Part shown: piece after piece, positions 34,201 to 49,200 of the stretch | Numbering within the stretch: position 1 is the stretch's first letter | Layout of the letters: every line of letters begins with the position of its first letter | Assembly (NCBI GenBank): GCA_964016885.1 | Contig: OZ024740.1 | Span: forward strand, 29,574,001 to 29,638,000 | Reading direction: 5' to 3' | Length of the DNA stretch: 64,000 nt | Source: Eledone cirrhosa | Taxonomy: Eukaryota | Program-made: the position numbers and the translations under genes | The notes under the pieces: generated by a model | Told to the model about the DNA's origin: nothing | What the model saw: the letters and a program-made list of their open reading frames with translations, nothing else | Database searches by the model: none

Positions 34201-37200
34201 CTGCCTTAGGGTCCCTGTCACATAGTACAGACACAGCCCAAACCTCTGCCTTAGGGTCCCTGTGAATTAGTACAGACACAGCACAAATCTCTGCCTTAGT
34301 GTCCCTGTGACATAGTACAAACACAGCTAAAACCTCTGCCTTAGGGATACTGTGACATAGTACAGACACAGCCCAAAACTCTGCCTTAGTGTCCCTGTGA
34401 CATAATACAGACACTGCCCAAACCTCTGCCTTAGGGTCCCTGTGACATAGTACAGACACAGCCCAAACCTCTGCCTTATGGTCCCTGTCACATAGTACAG
34501 ACACAGCCCAAACCTCTGCCTTAGTGTCCCTGTGACAAAGTACAGACACAGCTCAAACCTCTACCTTAGTGTCCCTGTGACATAGTACAGACAGCCCAAA
34601 ACACCCCTTAGGGTTCCTGTGACATAGTACAGACACAGCCCAAAACTCTGCCTTAGTGTCCCTATGACATAGTACAGACACAGCCCAAACCACTACCTTA
34701 GGGTCCCTGTGTCGTAGTACAGACACAGCCCAAAACTCTGCATTAGGTTCCCTGTGACATAGTAAGGACACAGCCTAAACATCTGCCTTAGGGTCCCTGT
34801 GACATAGTACAGACACAGCCCAAACCTCTGCCTTAGGGTCCCTGTGACATAGTACAGACACATCCCAAACCTCTGCCTTAGGGTCCCTGTGACATAGTAC
34901 AGACACATCCCAAACCTCTGCCTTAGTGTCCCTGTGACATAGTACAGACACAGCCCAAACATCTGCCTTAGGGTGCCTGTGACATAGTACAGACACAGCC
35001 CAAACCTCTGCCTTAGTGTCCCTGTCACATAATACAAATACAGTCCAAACCTTTGCCATAGTGTCCCTGTCACGTTGTACAGGCACAGCCCAAACATCTG
35101 CCTTAGGTTCCATGTGACATAGTACAGACACGGCCCCAACCTCTGCATTAGCGTCCCTCTGGCATAGTAGAGACACAGCCCAAACCTCTGACTTAGGGTC
35201 CCTGTGACTTAGTACAGACACAGCCCAAAACCCTGCCTTAGCCTCCCTGTGACATAGTACAGACACAGCCCAAAACTCTGCCTTAGAATCCCTGTGACAT
35301 AGTACAGACACAGCTCAAAACTCTGCCTTGGTGTCCCTGTGACATAGTACAGAAACAGACCAAACCTCTGCTGTAGAGTCCCTATGACTTAATACAGACA
35401 CAGCCCAAACCTCTGCCTTAGGGTCCCTGTGACATAGTACAGACACAGCCCAAACCTCTGCCTTAGGGTCCCTGTGACATAGTACAGACACATCCCAAAC
35501 CTCTGCCTTAGTGTCCCTGTGACATAGTACAGACACAGCCCAATCATCTGCCTCAGGTTCCCTGTGACATAGTACAGACACAGCCCAAACCTCTGCCTTA
35601 GGGTCCCTGTGACATAGTACAGACACATCCCAAACCTCTGCCTTAGTGTCCCTGTGACATAGTACAGACACAGCCCAAACATCTGCCTTAGGGTCCCTGT
35701 TGTCACATATTACAGACACAGCCCAAAACTCTGCCTTAGGTTCCCTGTGACATAGTACAGACATAGCCCAAAACTCTGCCTTAGTGTCCCTGTGACATAG
35801 TACAGATACTGCCAAACCTCGGCCTTAGGGTGCCTGTGACATAGTACAGACATAGCCCAAACCTCTGACTTAGTGTCCCTGTGACATAGTACAGACACTG
35901 CCAAACCTCTGCCTTAGGGTCCCTGTGACATAGTACAGACACAGCCCAAACCTCTGACTTAGTGTCCCTGTGACATAGTACAGACACTGCCAAACCTCTG
36001 CCTTGGGGTCCCTGTGACATAGTACAAACACAGCTAAAACCTCTGCCTTAGGGATACTGTGACATAGTACAGACACAGCCCAAAGCTCTGCCTTAGTGTC
36101 CCTGTGACATAGTAAAGACACTGCCAAACCTCTGCCTTAGGGTCCCTGTGACATAGTACAGACACAGCCCAAACCTCTGCCTTAGGGTCCCTGTCACATA
36201 GTACAGACACAGCCCAAACCTCTGCCTTAGTGTCCCTGTGACAAAGTACAGACACAGCTCAAACCTCTACCTTAGTGTCCCTGTGACATAGTACAGACAG
36301 CCCAAAACACCCCTTAGGGTTCCTGTGACATAGTACAGACACAGCCCAAAACTCTGCCTTAGTGTCCCTATGACATAGTACAGACACAGCCCAAACCACT
36401 GCCTTAGGGTCCCTGTGTCGTAGTACAGACACAGCCCAAAACTCTGCATTAGGGTCCCTGTGACATAGTAAGGACACAGCCTAAACATCTGCCTTAGGGT
36501 CCCTGTGACATAGTACAGACACAGCCCAAACCTCTGCCTTAGGGTCCCTGTGACATAGTACAGACACATCCCAAACCTCTGCCTTAGGGTCCCTGTGACA
36601 TAGTACAGACACATCCCAAACCTCTGCCTTTGTGTCCCTGTGACATAGTACAGACACAGCCCAAACATCTGCCTTAGGGTCCCTGTCACATATTACAAAC
36701 ACAGACCAAACCTCTGCCCTAGTGTCCCTGTGACATAGTACAGACACATCCCAAACCTCTGCCTTAGTGTCCCTGAAACATAGTACAGACACTGCCAAAC
36801 CTCTGCCGTAGGGTCCCTGTGTCATAGTACAGACACAGCCCAAACCTCTGACTTAGGGTCCCTGTGACTTAGTACAGACACAGCACAAATCTCTGCCTTA
36901 GTGTCCCTGTGACATAGTACAAACACAGCTAAAACCTCTGCCTTAGGGATACTGTGACATAGTACAGACACAGCCCAAAACTCTGCCTTAGTGTCCCTGT
37001 GACATAGTACAGACACTGCCCAAACCTCTGCCTTAGGGTCCCTGTGACATAGTACAGACACAGCCCAAACCTCTGCCTTAGGGTCGCTGTGACATAGTAC
37101 AGACACAGCCCAAACCTCTGCCTTAGGTTCTCTGTGACATAGTACAGACACAGCCCAAACCTCTGCCTTAGGGTCCCTGTGACATAGTACAGACACATCC

Positions 37201-40200
37201 CAAACCTCTGCCTTAGTGTCCCTGTGACATAGTACAGACACAGCCCAAACATCTGCCTTAGGGTCCCTGTCACATATTACAGACACAGCCCAAACCTCTG
37301 TCTTAGGTTCCCTGTGACATATTACAGACACAGCCCAAACCTCTGCCTTAGGGTCCCTGTGACATAGTAAAGACACAGCCCAAAACTCTGCCTTAGTGTC
37401 CCTGTGACATAGTACAGACACAGCCCAAAACTCTGCCTTAGTGTCCCTATGGGATAGTACAGACACAGCCCAAACCTCTGCCTTAGTGTTCCTGTGACAT
37501 AGTACAGACACATCCCAAACCTCTGTCTTAGTGTCCCTGTGACATAGTACAGACACAGCCCAAACATCTGCCTTAGGGTCCCTCTCACATATTACAGACA
37601 CAGACCAAACCTCTGCCCTAGTGTCCCTGTGACGTAGTACAGACACATCCCAAACATCTGCCTTAGTGTCCCTGTCACATAATACAGACAGCCCAAACAT
37701 CTGCCGTAGGGTCCCTGTGACATAGTACAGACAAAGCCCAAACATCTGCCTTAGTGTCTCTGTGACATAGTACAGACACGGCCCAAACCTCTGCCTTAGT
37801 GTCTCTGTGACATAGTACAGACACGGCCCAAACCTCTGCCTTAGTGTCTCTGTGACATAGTACAGACACAGCCCAAACCTCTGCCTTAGGGATATTGTGA
37901 CATAGTACAGACACAGCCCAAACCTCTGCCTTAGTGTCCCTGTCACATAATACAGACACAGCCCAAACCTTTGCCATAGTGTCCCTGTCACATAGTACAG
38001 ACACAGCCCAAACCTCTGCCTTAGGGTCCCTGTGACATAGTACAGACACATCGCAAACCTCTGCCCTAGTGTCCCTGTGACATAGAATAGACACAGCCCA
38101 AAACTCCGCCTTAGTGTCCCTGTGACTTAGTACCGACACAGCCCAAACCTCTGCTTAGTGTCCCTGTGACATAGTACAGACACATCCCAAACCTCTGACT
38201 TAGTGTCCCTGTGACATAGTACAGACATGGTCCAAACATCTGCTTTAGTGTCCCTGTCACATATTACAGACACAGACCAAACCTCTGCCCTAGTGTCCCT
38301 GTGACATAGTACAGACACATCCCAAACCTCTGCCTTAGTGTCCCTGTCACATAATACATACACAGCCCAAACATCTGCCGTAGGGTCCCTGTGACATAGT
38401 ACAGACACAGCCCAAACCTCTGCCTTAGTGTCTCTGTAACATAGTACAGACGCAGCCCATACCTCTGCCTTAGGGTCCCTCTGATATATTACATACACAG
38501 CCCAAACCTCTGCCTTAGGGTCCCTGTCACATATTACAGACACAGCCCAAACCTCTGCCTTAGGATCCCTGTGACATAGTACAGACACAGCCCAAACCTC
38601 TGCCTCAGTGTCCCTGTGACATAGTACAGACACAGCCCAAACCTCTGTCTTAGTGTCCCTGTGACATAGTACAGACAGCCCAAAACTCTGCCTTAGTGTC
38701 CCTATGACATAGTACAGACACAGCCCAAACCACTGCCTTAGGGTCCCTGTGTCATAGTACAGACACAGCCCAAACCTCTGCCTTAGGGTCCCTGTGACAT
38801 AGTACAGACACAGCCCAAACCTCTGCCTTAGGGTCCCTGTCACATAGTACAGACACAGCCTAAACCTCTGCCTTAGGGTCCCTGTCACATAGTACAGACA
38901 CAGCCCAAAAATCTGCCTTAGGGTCCCTGTGACATAGTATAGACACAGCCCAAAACTCCGCCTTAGTGTCCCTGTGAGTTAGTACCGACACAGCCCGAAC
39001 CTCTGCTTAGTGTCCCAGTGACATAGTACAGACACATCCCAAACCTTTGACTTAGGGTCCCTGTGACATAGTACAGACACAGCCTAAACATCTGCCTTAG
39101 GGTCCGTGTGACATAGTACAGACACAGCCCAAACCTCTGCCTTAGGGTCCCTGTGACATAGTACAGACACATCCCAAACCTCTGCCTTAGTGTCCCTGTG
39201 ACATACTACAGATACAGCCCAAACATCTGCCTTAGGGTCCATGTCACATATTACAGACACAGACCAAACCTCTGCCCTAGTGTCCCTGTGACATAGTACA
39301 GACACATCCCAAACCTCTGCCTTAGTGTGCCTGTCACATAATACAGACACAACCCAAACATCTGCCGTAGGGTCCCTGTGACATAGTACAGGCAACCCAA
39401 ACCTCTGCCTTAAGGTCCCTCTTATATATTACAGACACAGCCCAAACCTCTGCCTTAGTGTCCTGTCACATAATACAGACACAGCCCAAACCTTTGCCAT
39501 AGTGACCCTGTCACATTGTACAGACACAGCCCATACATCTGCCTTAGGGGCCGTGTGACATAGTACAGACACAGCCCAAACCTCTGCCTTAGGGTCCCTG
39601 TGACATAGTATAGACACAGCCCAAAACTCCGCCTTAGTGTCCCCGTGACTTAGTACCGACACAGCCCAAACCTCTGCCTTAGTGTCCCTGTGACATAGTA
39701 CAGACACAGCTCAAATCACCGCCTTAGGTTCCCTCTGACATAGTACAGACACAGCCCCAAACTCTGCCTTAGTGTCCCTATGGCATAGTACAGACACAGC
39801 CCAAACCTCTGCCTTAGGGTTCCTGTGACATAGTACAGACACATCCAAAACCTCTGCCTTAGGGTCCCTGTGACATAGTACAGACACATCCAAAACCTCT
39901 GCCTTAGGGTCCCTGTCAGATAATACAGACACAGCCCAAACATCTGCCTTAGGATCCCTGTGACATAGTACAGACACAGCCCAAACCTCTGCCTTAGGGT
40001 CCCTGTCACATAGTACGGACACAGCCCAAACCTCTGCCTCAGTGTCCCTGTGACATAGTACAGACACAGCCCAAACCTCTGTCTTAGTGTCCCTGTGACA
40101 TAGTACAGACAGCCCAAAACTCCGCCTTAGGGTTCCTGTGACATAGTACAGACACAGCCCAAAACTCTGCCTTAGTGTCCCTGTGACTTAGTACCGACAC

Positions 40201-43200
40201 AGCCCAAACCTCTGATTAGGGTCCCAGTGACATAGTACAGACACATCCCAAACCTTTGACTTAGGGTCCCTGTGACATGGTACAGACACAGCCTAAACAT
40301 CTGCCTTAGGGGCCGTGTGACATAGTACAGACACAGCCCAAACCTCTGCCTTAGGGTCCCTGTGACATAGTACAGACACATCCAAAACCTCTGCCTTAGT
40401 GTCCCTGTCACATAATACAGACACAGCCCAAACATCTGCCTTAGGGTCCCTGTGACATAGTACAGACACAGCCCAAACCTCTGCCTTAGGGTCCCTGTGA
40501 CATAGTACAGACACAGCCCAAACCTCTGCCTTAGTGTCCCTGTGACATAGTACAGACACAGCCCAAACCTCTGTCTTAGTGTCCCTGTGACATAGTACAG
40601 ACAGCCCAAAACTCCGCCTTAGGGTTCCTGTGACATAGTACAGACACAGCCCAAAACTCTGCCTTAGTGTCCCTATGACATAGTACAGACACAGCCGAAA
40701 CCACTGCCTTAGGGTCCCTGTGTCATAGTACTGACACAGCCCAAACCTCTGCCTTAGGGTCCGTGTAACATAGTACAGACACAGCCTAAACCTCTGCCTT
40801 AGGGTCCCTGTGACATAGTACATACACAGACCAAAACTCTGCGCTAGGGTCCCTGTGACAGAGTACAGACACAGCCTAAACATCTGCCTTAAGTTCCCTG
40901 TGACTTAGTACAGACAGCCCAAACCTCTGCCTTAGTGTCCCTGTGGCATAGTACAGACACAGCCTAAACCACTGCCTTAGGGTCCCTGTCACATATTACA
41001 GACACAGGCCAAACCTCTGCCTTAGTGTCCCTGTGACATAGTAGAGACAGACAAAACTCCGCCTTAGGGTTCCTGTGACATAGTACAGACACAGCCCAAA
41101 ACTCTGCTTTAGTGTCCCTATGACATAGTACAGACACAGCCTAAACCACTGCCTTAGTGTCCCTGTGTCATAGTACAGACACAGCCCAAACCTCTGCTTT
41201 AGGGTCCCTGTAACATAGTACAGACACAGCCTAAACATCTGCCTTATGGTCCCTGTGACATAGTACAGACACAGACCAAAACTCTGCCTTAGGGTCCTTG
41301 TGACATAGTACAGGCAAAGCACAAACCTCTGCCTTAGTCACCCTGTGACATAGTACAGACAGCCTAAACCTCTGCCTTATGGTCCCTGTCACATATTACA
41401 GATACAGACCAAACCTCTACCCTAGTGTCCCTGTGACATAGTACAGACACAGCCCAAACCTCTGCCTTAGGGTCCCTGTGACATAGTACAGACACAGCCC
41501 AAAACTCTGCCTTAGTGTCCCTATGGCATAGTACAGACACTGCCCAAACCTCTGCCTTAGGGTCCCTGTGACATAGTACAGACACATCCAAAACCTCTGC
41601 CTTAGTGACCCTGTCAGATAATACAGACACAGCCCAAACATCTGCCTTAGGATCCCTGTGACATAGTACAGACACAGCCCAAACCTCTGCCTTAGGGTCC
41701 CTGTGACATAGTACAGACACATCCCAAACCTCTGCCTTAGGGTCCCTGTGACATAGTACAGACACATCCCAAACCTCTGCCTTAGTGTCCCTGTGACATA
41801 GTACAGACACAGTCCAAACATCTGCCTTAGTGTCCCTGTCACATAATACAGACACAGCCCAAACATCTGCCGTAGGGTACCTGTGACATAGTACAGACAC
41901 AGCCCAAACCTCCGCCTTAGTGTCTCTGTAACATAGTACAGACGCAGCCCATACCTCTGCCTTAGGGTCCCTCTGATATATTACAGACACAGCCCAAACC
42001 TCTGCCTTAGGGTCCCTGTCACATATTACAGACACAGCCCAAACCTCTGCCTTAGGTTCCCTGTGACATAGTACAGACACAGCCCAAACCTCTGCCTTAG
42101 GGTCCCTGTGACATAGTACAGACACAGCCCAAAACTCTGCCTTAGTGTCCCTATGGCATAGTACAGACACAGCCCAAACCTCTGCCTTAGGGTCCCTGTG
42201 ACATAGTACAGACACATCCAAAACCTCTGCCTTAGTGTCCCTGTCACATAATACAGACACAGCCCAAACATCTGCCTTAGGGTCCCTGTGACATAGTACA
42301 GACACAGCCCAAACCTCTGCCTTAGGATCCCTGTGACATAGTACAGACACAGCCCAAACCTCTGCCTTAGTGTCCCTGTGACATAGTACAGACACAGCCC
42401 AAACCTCTGTCTTAGTGTCCCTGTGACATAGTACAGACAGCCCAAAACTCCGCCTTAGGGTTCCTGTGACATAGTACAGACACAGCCCAAAACTCTGCCT
42501 TAGTGTCCCTATGACATAGTACAGACACAGCCGAAACCACTGCTTTAGGGTCCCTGTGTCATAGTACTGACACAGCCCAAACCTCTGCCTTAGGGTCCGT
42601 GTAACATAGTACAGACACAGCCTAAACCTCTGCCTTAGGGTCCCTGTGACATAGTACATACACAGACCAAAACTCTGCGCTAGGGTCCCTGTGAAAGAGT
42701 ACAGACACAGCCTAAACATCTGCATTAAGTTCCCTGTGACTTAGTAGAGACAGCCCAAACCTCTGCCTTAGTGTCCCTGTGGCATAGTACAGACACAGCC
42801 TAAACCACTGCCTTAGGGTCCCTGTCACATATTACAGACACAGACCAAACCTCTGCCTTAGTGTCCCTGTGACATAGTAGAGACAGACAAAACTCCGCCT
42901 TAGGATTCCTGTGACATAGTACAGACACAGCCCAAAACTCTGCCTTAGTGTCCCTATGACATAGTACAGACACAGCCTAAACCACTGCCTTAGGGTCCCT
43001 GTGTCATAGTACAGACACAGCCCAAACCTCTGCCTTAGGGTCCCTGTAAAATAGTACAGACACAGCCTAAACATCTGCCTTATGGTCCCTGTGACATAGT
43101 ACAGACACAGACCAAAACTCTGCCATAGGGTCCTTGTGACATAGTACAGACACAGCCCAAACCTCTGCCTTAGTCTCCCTGTGACATAGTACAGACAGCT

Positions 43201-46200
43201 TAAACCTCTGCCTTATGGTCCCTGTCACATATTACAGATACAGACCAAACCTCTACCCTAGTGTCCCTGAGACATAGTACAGACACAGCCCAAACATCTG
43301 CCTTAGGGTCCCTGTCACATATTACAGACACAGCCCAAACCTCTGCCTTAGGTTCCCTGTGACCTAGTACGGTCACAGCCCAAACCACTGCCTTAGGGTC
43401 CCTGTGACATAGTACAGACACAGCCCAAAACTCTGCCTTAGTGTCCCTATGACATAGTACAGACACAGCCCAAACCACTGCCTTAGGGTCCCTGTGTCAT
43501 AGTACAGACACAGCCCAAACCTCTGCCTTAGAGTCCGTGTAACATAGTACAGACACAGCCTAAACCTCTGCCTTAGGGTCCATGTGACATAGTACATACA
43601 CAGACCAAAACTCTGCGTTAGGGTCCCTGTGACAGAGTACAGACACAGCCTAAACATCTGCCTTACGTTGCCTGTGACTTAGTACAGACAGCCCAAACCT
43701 CTGCCTTAGTGTCCCTGTGACATAGTACAGACACAGCCTAAACCACTGCCTTAGGGTCCCTGTCACATATTACAGACACAGACCAAACCTCTGCCTTAGT
43801 GTCCCTATGACATTGTAGAGACAGACAAAACTCCGCCTTAGGGTTCCTGTGACATAGTACAGACACAGCTCAAAACTCTGCCTTAGTGTCCCTATGACAT
43901 AGTACAGACACAGCCTAAACCACTGCCTTAGGGTCCCTGTGTCATAGTACAGACACAGCCCAAACCTCTGCCTAAGGGTCCCTGTAACATAGTACAGACA
44001 CAGCCTAAACATCTGCCTTATGGTCCCTGTGACATAGTACAGACACAGACCAAAACTCTGCCTTAGGGTCCCTGTGACATAGTACAGACACATCCAAAAC
44101 CTCTGCCTTAGTGTCCCTGTCAGATAATACAGACACAGCCCAAACATCTGCCTTAGGATCCCTGTGACATAGTACAGACACAGCCCAAACCTCTGCCTTA
44201 GGGTCCCTGTGACATAGTACGGACACAGCCCAAACCTCTGTCTTAGTGTCCCTGTGACATAGTACAGACAGCCCAAAACTCCGCCTTAGGGTTCCTGTGA
44301 CATAGTACAGACACAGCCCAAAACTCTGCCTTAGTGTCCCTATGACATAGTACAGACACAGCCTAAACCTCTGCCTTAGGGTCCCTGTCACATAGTACAG
44401 ACACAGCCCAAACCTCTGCCTTAGGGTCCCTGTGACATAGTATAGACACAGCCCAAAACTCCGCCTTAGTGTCCCTGTGACTTAGTACCGACACAGCCCA
44501 AACCTCTGCTTAGGGTCCCAGTGACATAGTACAGACACATCCCAAACCTTTGACTTAGGGTCCCTGTGACATAGTACAGACACAGTCCAAACATCTGCCT
44601 TAGTGTCCCTGTCACATAATACAGACACAGCCCAAACATCTGCCGTAGGGTGCCTGTGACATAGTACAGACACAGCCTAAAACTCTGCCTTATGGTCCCT
44701 GTCACATATTACAGATACAGACCAAATCTCTGCCCTAGTGTCCCTCTGACATAGTACAGACACAGCCCAAACATCTGCCTTAAGGTCCCTGTCACATATT
44801 ACAGACACAGCCCAAACCTCTGCCTTAGGTTCCCTGTGACATAGTACAGACACAGACCAAACCTCTGCCTTAGGGTCCCTGTGACATAGTACAGACACAG
44901 CCCAAAACTCTGCCTTTGTGTCCCTATGGCATAGTACAGACACAGCCCAAACCTCTGCCTTAGGGTCACTGTGACATAGTAGAGACACAGCCCAAACCTC
45001 TGCCTTAGGTTCCCTGTGACATAGTACAGACACAGCCCAAACCTCTGTCTTAGTGTCCCTGTGACATAGTACAGACAGCCCAACACTCCGCCTTAGGGTT
45101 CCTGTGACATAGTACAGACACAGCCCAAAACTCTGCCTTAGTGTCCCTATGACATAGTACAGACACAGCCCAAACCACTGCCTTAGGGTCCCTGTGTCCT
45201 AGTACAGACACAGCCCAAACGTCTGCCTTAGGGTCCGTGTAACATAGTACAGAAACAGCGTAAACTTCTGCCTTAGGGTCCCTGTGACATAGTACATACA
45301 CAGACCCAAACTCTGCGCTAGGGTCCCTGTGACAGAGTACAGACACAGCCTAAACATCTGCCTTAAGTTCCCTGTGACTTAGTACAGACAGCCCAAACCT
45401 CTGCCTTAGTGTCCCTGTGGCATAGTACAGACACAGCCTAAACCACTGCCTTAGGGTCCCTGTCACATATTACAGATACAGACCAAACCTCTACCCTAGT
45501 GTCCCTGTGACATAGTACAGACACAGCCCAAACATCTGCCTTAGGGTCCCTGTCACATATTACAGACACAGCCCAAACCTCTGCCTTAGGTTCCCTGTGA
45601 CCTAGTACGGACACAGCCCAAACCACTGCCTTAGGGTCCCTGTGACATAGTACAGACACAGCCCAAAACTCAGCCTTAGTGTCCCTATGACATAGTACAG
45701 ACACAGCCCAAACCACTGCCTTAGGGTCCCTGTGTCATAGTACAGACACAGCCCAAACCTCTGCCTTAGTGTCCCTGTCACATAATACAGACACAGCCCA
45801 AACATCTGCCTTAGGGTCCTCTGACATAGTACAGACACAGCCCAAACCTCTGCCTTAGGGTCCCTGTGACATAGTACAGACACAGCCCAAACCTCTGCCT
45901 TAGTGTCCCTGTGACATAGTACAGACACAGCCCAAACCTCTGTCTTAGTGTCCCTGTGACATAGTACAGACAGCCCAACACTCCGCCTTAGGGTTCCTGT
46001 GACATAGTACAGACACAGCCCAAAACTCTGCCTTAGTGTCCCTATGACATAGTACAGACACAGCCCAAACCTCTGTCTTAGTGTCCCTGTGACATAGTAC
46101 AGACAGCCCAAAACTCCGCCTTAGGGTTCCTGTGACATAGTACAGACACAGCCCAAAACTCTGCCTTAGTGTCCCTATGACATAGTACAGACACAGCCTA

Positions 46201-49200
46201 AACCTCTGCCTTAGGGTCCCTGTCACATAGTACAGACACAGCCCAAACCTCTGCCTTAGGGTCCCTGTGACATAGTATAGACACAGCCCAAAACTCCGCC
46301 TTAGTGTCCCTGTGACTTAGTACCGACACAGCCCAAACCTCTGCTTAGGGTCCCAGTGACATAGTACAGACACATCCCAAACCTTTGACTTAGGGTCCCT
46401 GTGACATAGTACAGACACAGTCCAAACATCTGCCTTAGTGTCCCTGTCACATAATACAGACACAGCCCAAACATCTGCCGTAGGGTGCCTGTGACATAGT
46501 ACAGACACAGCATAAACCTCTGCCTTATGGTCCCTGTCACATATTACAGATACAGACCAAATCTCTGCCCTAGTGTCCCTGTGACATAGTACAGACACAG
46601 CCCAAACATCTGCCTTAAGGTCCCTGTCACATATTACAGACACAGCCCAAACCTCTGCCTTAGGTGCCCTGTGACATAGTACAGACACAGACCAAATCTC
46701 TGCCTTAGGGTCCCTGTGACATAGTACAGACACAGCCCAAAACTCTGCCTTTGTGTCCCTATGGCATAGTACAGATACAGCCCAAACCTCTGCCTTAGGG
46801 TCACTGTGACATAGTACAGACACAGCCGAAACGTCTGCCTTAGGGTCCGTGTAACATAGTACAGACACAGCGTAAACTTCTGCCTTAGGGTCCCTGTGAC
46901 ATAGTACATACACAGACCCAAACTCTGCGCTAGGGTCCCTGTGACAGAGTACAGACACAGCCTAAACATCTGCCTTAAGTTCCCTGTGACTTAGTACAGA
47001 CAGCCCAAACCTCTGCCTTAGTGTCCCTGTGGCATAGTACAGACACGGCCTAAACCACTGCCTTAGGGTCCCTGTCACATATTACAGATACAGACCAAAC
47101 CTCTACCCTAGTGTCCCTGTGACATAGTACAGACACAGCCCAAACATCTGCCTTAGGGTCCCTGTCACATATTACAGACACAGCCCAAACCTCTGCCTTA
47201 GGTTCCCTGTGACCTAGTACGGACACAGCCCAAACCACTGCCTTAGGGTCCCTGTGACATAGTACAGACACAGCCCAAAACTCAGCCTTAGTGTCCCTAT
47301 GACATAGTACAGACACAGCCCAAACCACTGCCTTAGGGTCCCTGTGTCATAGTACAGACACAGCCCAAACCTCTGCCTTAGTGTCCCTGTCACATAATAC
47401 AGACACAGCCCAAACATCTGCCTTAGGGTCCTCTGACATAGTACAGACACAGCCCAAACCTCTGCCTTAGGGTCCCTGTGACATAGTACAGACACAGCCC
47501 AAACCTCTGCCTTAGTGTCCCTGTGACATAGTACAGACACAGCCCAAACCTCTGTCTTAGTGTCCCTGTGACATAGTACAGACAGCCCAACACTCCGCCT
47601 TAGGGTTCCTGTGACATAGTACAGACACAGCCCAAAACTCTGCCTTAGTGTCCCTATGACATAGTACAGACACAACACAAACCACTGCCTTAGGGTCCCT
47701 GTGTCCTAGTACAGACAAAGCCCAAACGTCTGCCTTAGGGTCCGTGTAACATAGTACATACACAGACCAAATCTCTGCGTTAGGGTCCCTGTGACAGAGT
47801 ACAGACACAGCCTAAACATCTGCCTTACGTTCCCTGTGACTTAGTACAGACAGCCCAAACCTCTGCCTTAGTGTCCCTGTGACATAGTACAGACAGAGCC
47901 TAAACCACTGCCTTAGGGTCCCTGTCACATATTACAGATACAGACCAAACCTCTGCCTTAGTGTCCCTGTGACATAGTACAGACACAGCCCAAAACTCTG
48001 CCTTAGTGTCCCTGTGACATAGTACAGACACAGACCAAAACTCTGCCTTAGGGTCCCTGTGACATAGTACAGACACAGCCCAAACCTCTGCCTTAGTGTC
48101 CCTGTGACGTAGTACAGACACAGCCCAAACCTCTGCCTTAATCTCCCTGTGACATAGTACAGACACAGCCTAAACCTCTGCCTTATGGTCCCTGTCACAT
48201 ATTACAGATACAGACCAAACCTCTGCCCCAGTGTCCCTGTGACATAGTACAGACACAACCCAAACCTCTGCCATAGTGTCCCTGTCAAATTGTACAGACA
48301 CAACCCAAACGTCTGCCTTAGGTTCCATGTGACATAGTACAGACACATCCCAAACCTCGGCATTATGGTCCCTGTGACATGGTACATACACAGCCAAAAC
48401 CTCTGCCTTAGGGTCCGTGTGACATAGTACAGACACAGCCCAAACCTCTGCCTTAGGGTCCCTGTGTCATAGTACAAACACAGCCCAAACCTCTGCCTTA
48501 GTGTCCATGTGACATAGTACAAACACAGCCCAAACCTCTGCCTTAGTGTCCATGTGACATAGTACAGACACAGCACAAACCTCTGCCTTAGTTTCCCTGT
48601 GTCATAGTACAAACACAGCCCAAACCTCTGCCTTAGTGTCCATGTGACATAGTACAGACACAGCCTAAACATCTTCCTTAGGTTCCCTGTGTCTTAGTAC
48701 AGACACAGCCCAAACCTCTGCCTTACGGTCCCTGTGACATAGTACAGACACAGCCCAAACCTCTGCCTTAGGGTCCCTGTGACATAGTACAGACACAGCC
48801 CAAACCTCTGCATAAGGTTCCCTGTAACATAGTACAGACACAGCCTAAACATCTGCCTTATGGTCCCTGTGACATAGTACAGACACAGACCAAAACTCTG
48901 CCTTAGGGTCCCTGTGACATAGTACAGACACAGCCCAAACCTCTGCCTTAGTCTCCCTGTGACATAGTACAGACAGCCTAAACCTCTGCCTTATGGTCCC
49001 TGTCACATATTACAGATACAGACCAAATCTCTGCCCTAGTGTCCCTGTGACATAGTACAGACACAGCCCAAACATCTGCCTTAAGGTCCCTGTGACATAT
49101 TACAGACACAGCCCAAACCTCTGCCTTAGGTTCCCTGTGACATAGTACAGACACAGACCAAAATTCTGCCTTAGGGTCCCTGTGACATAGTACAGACACA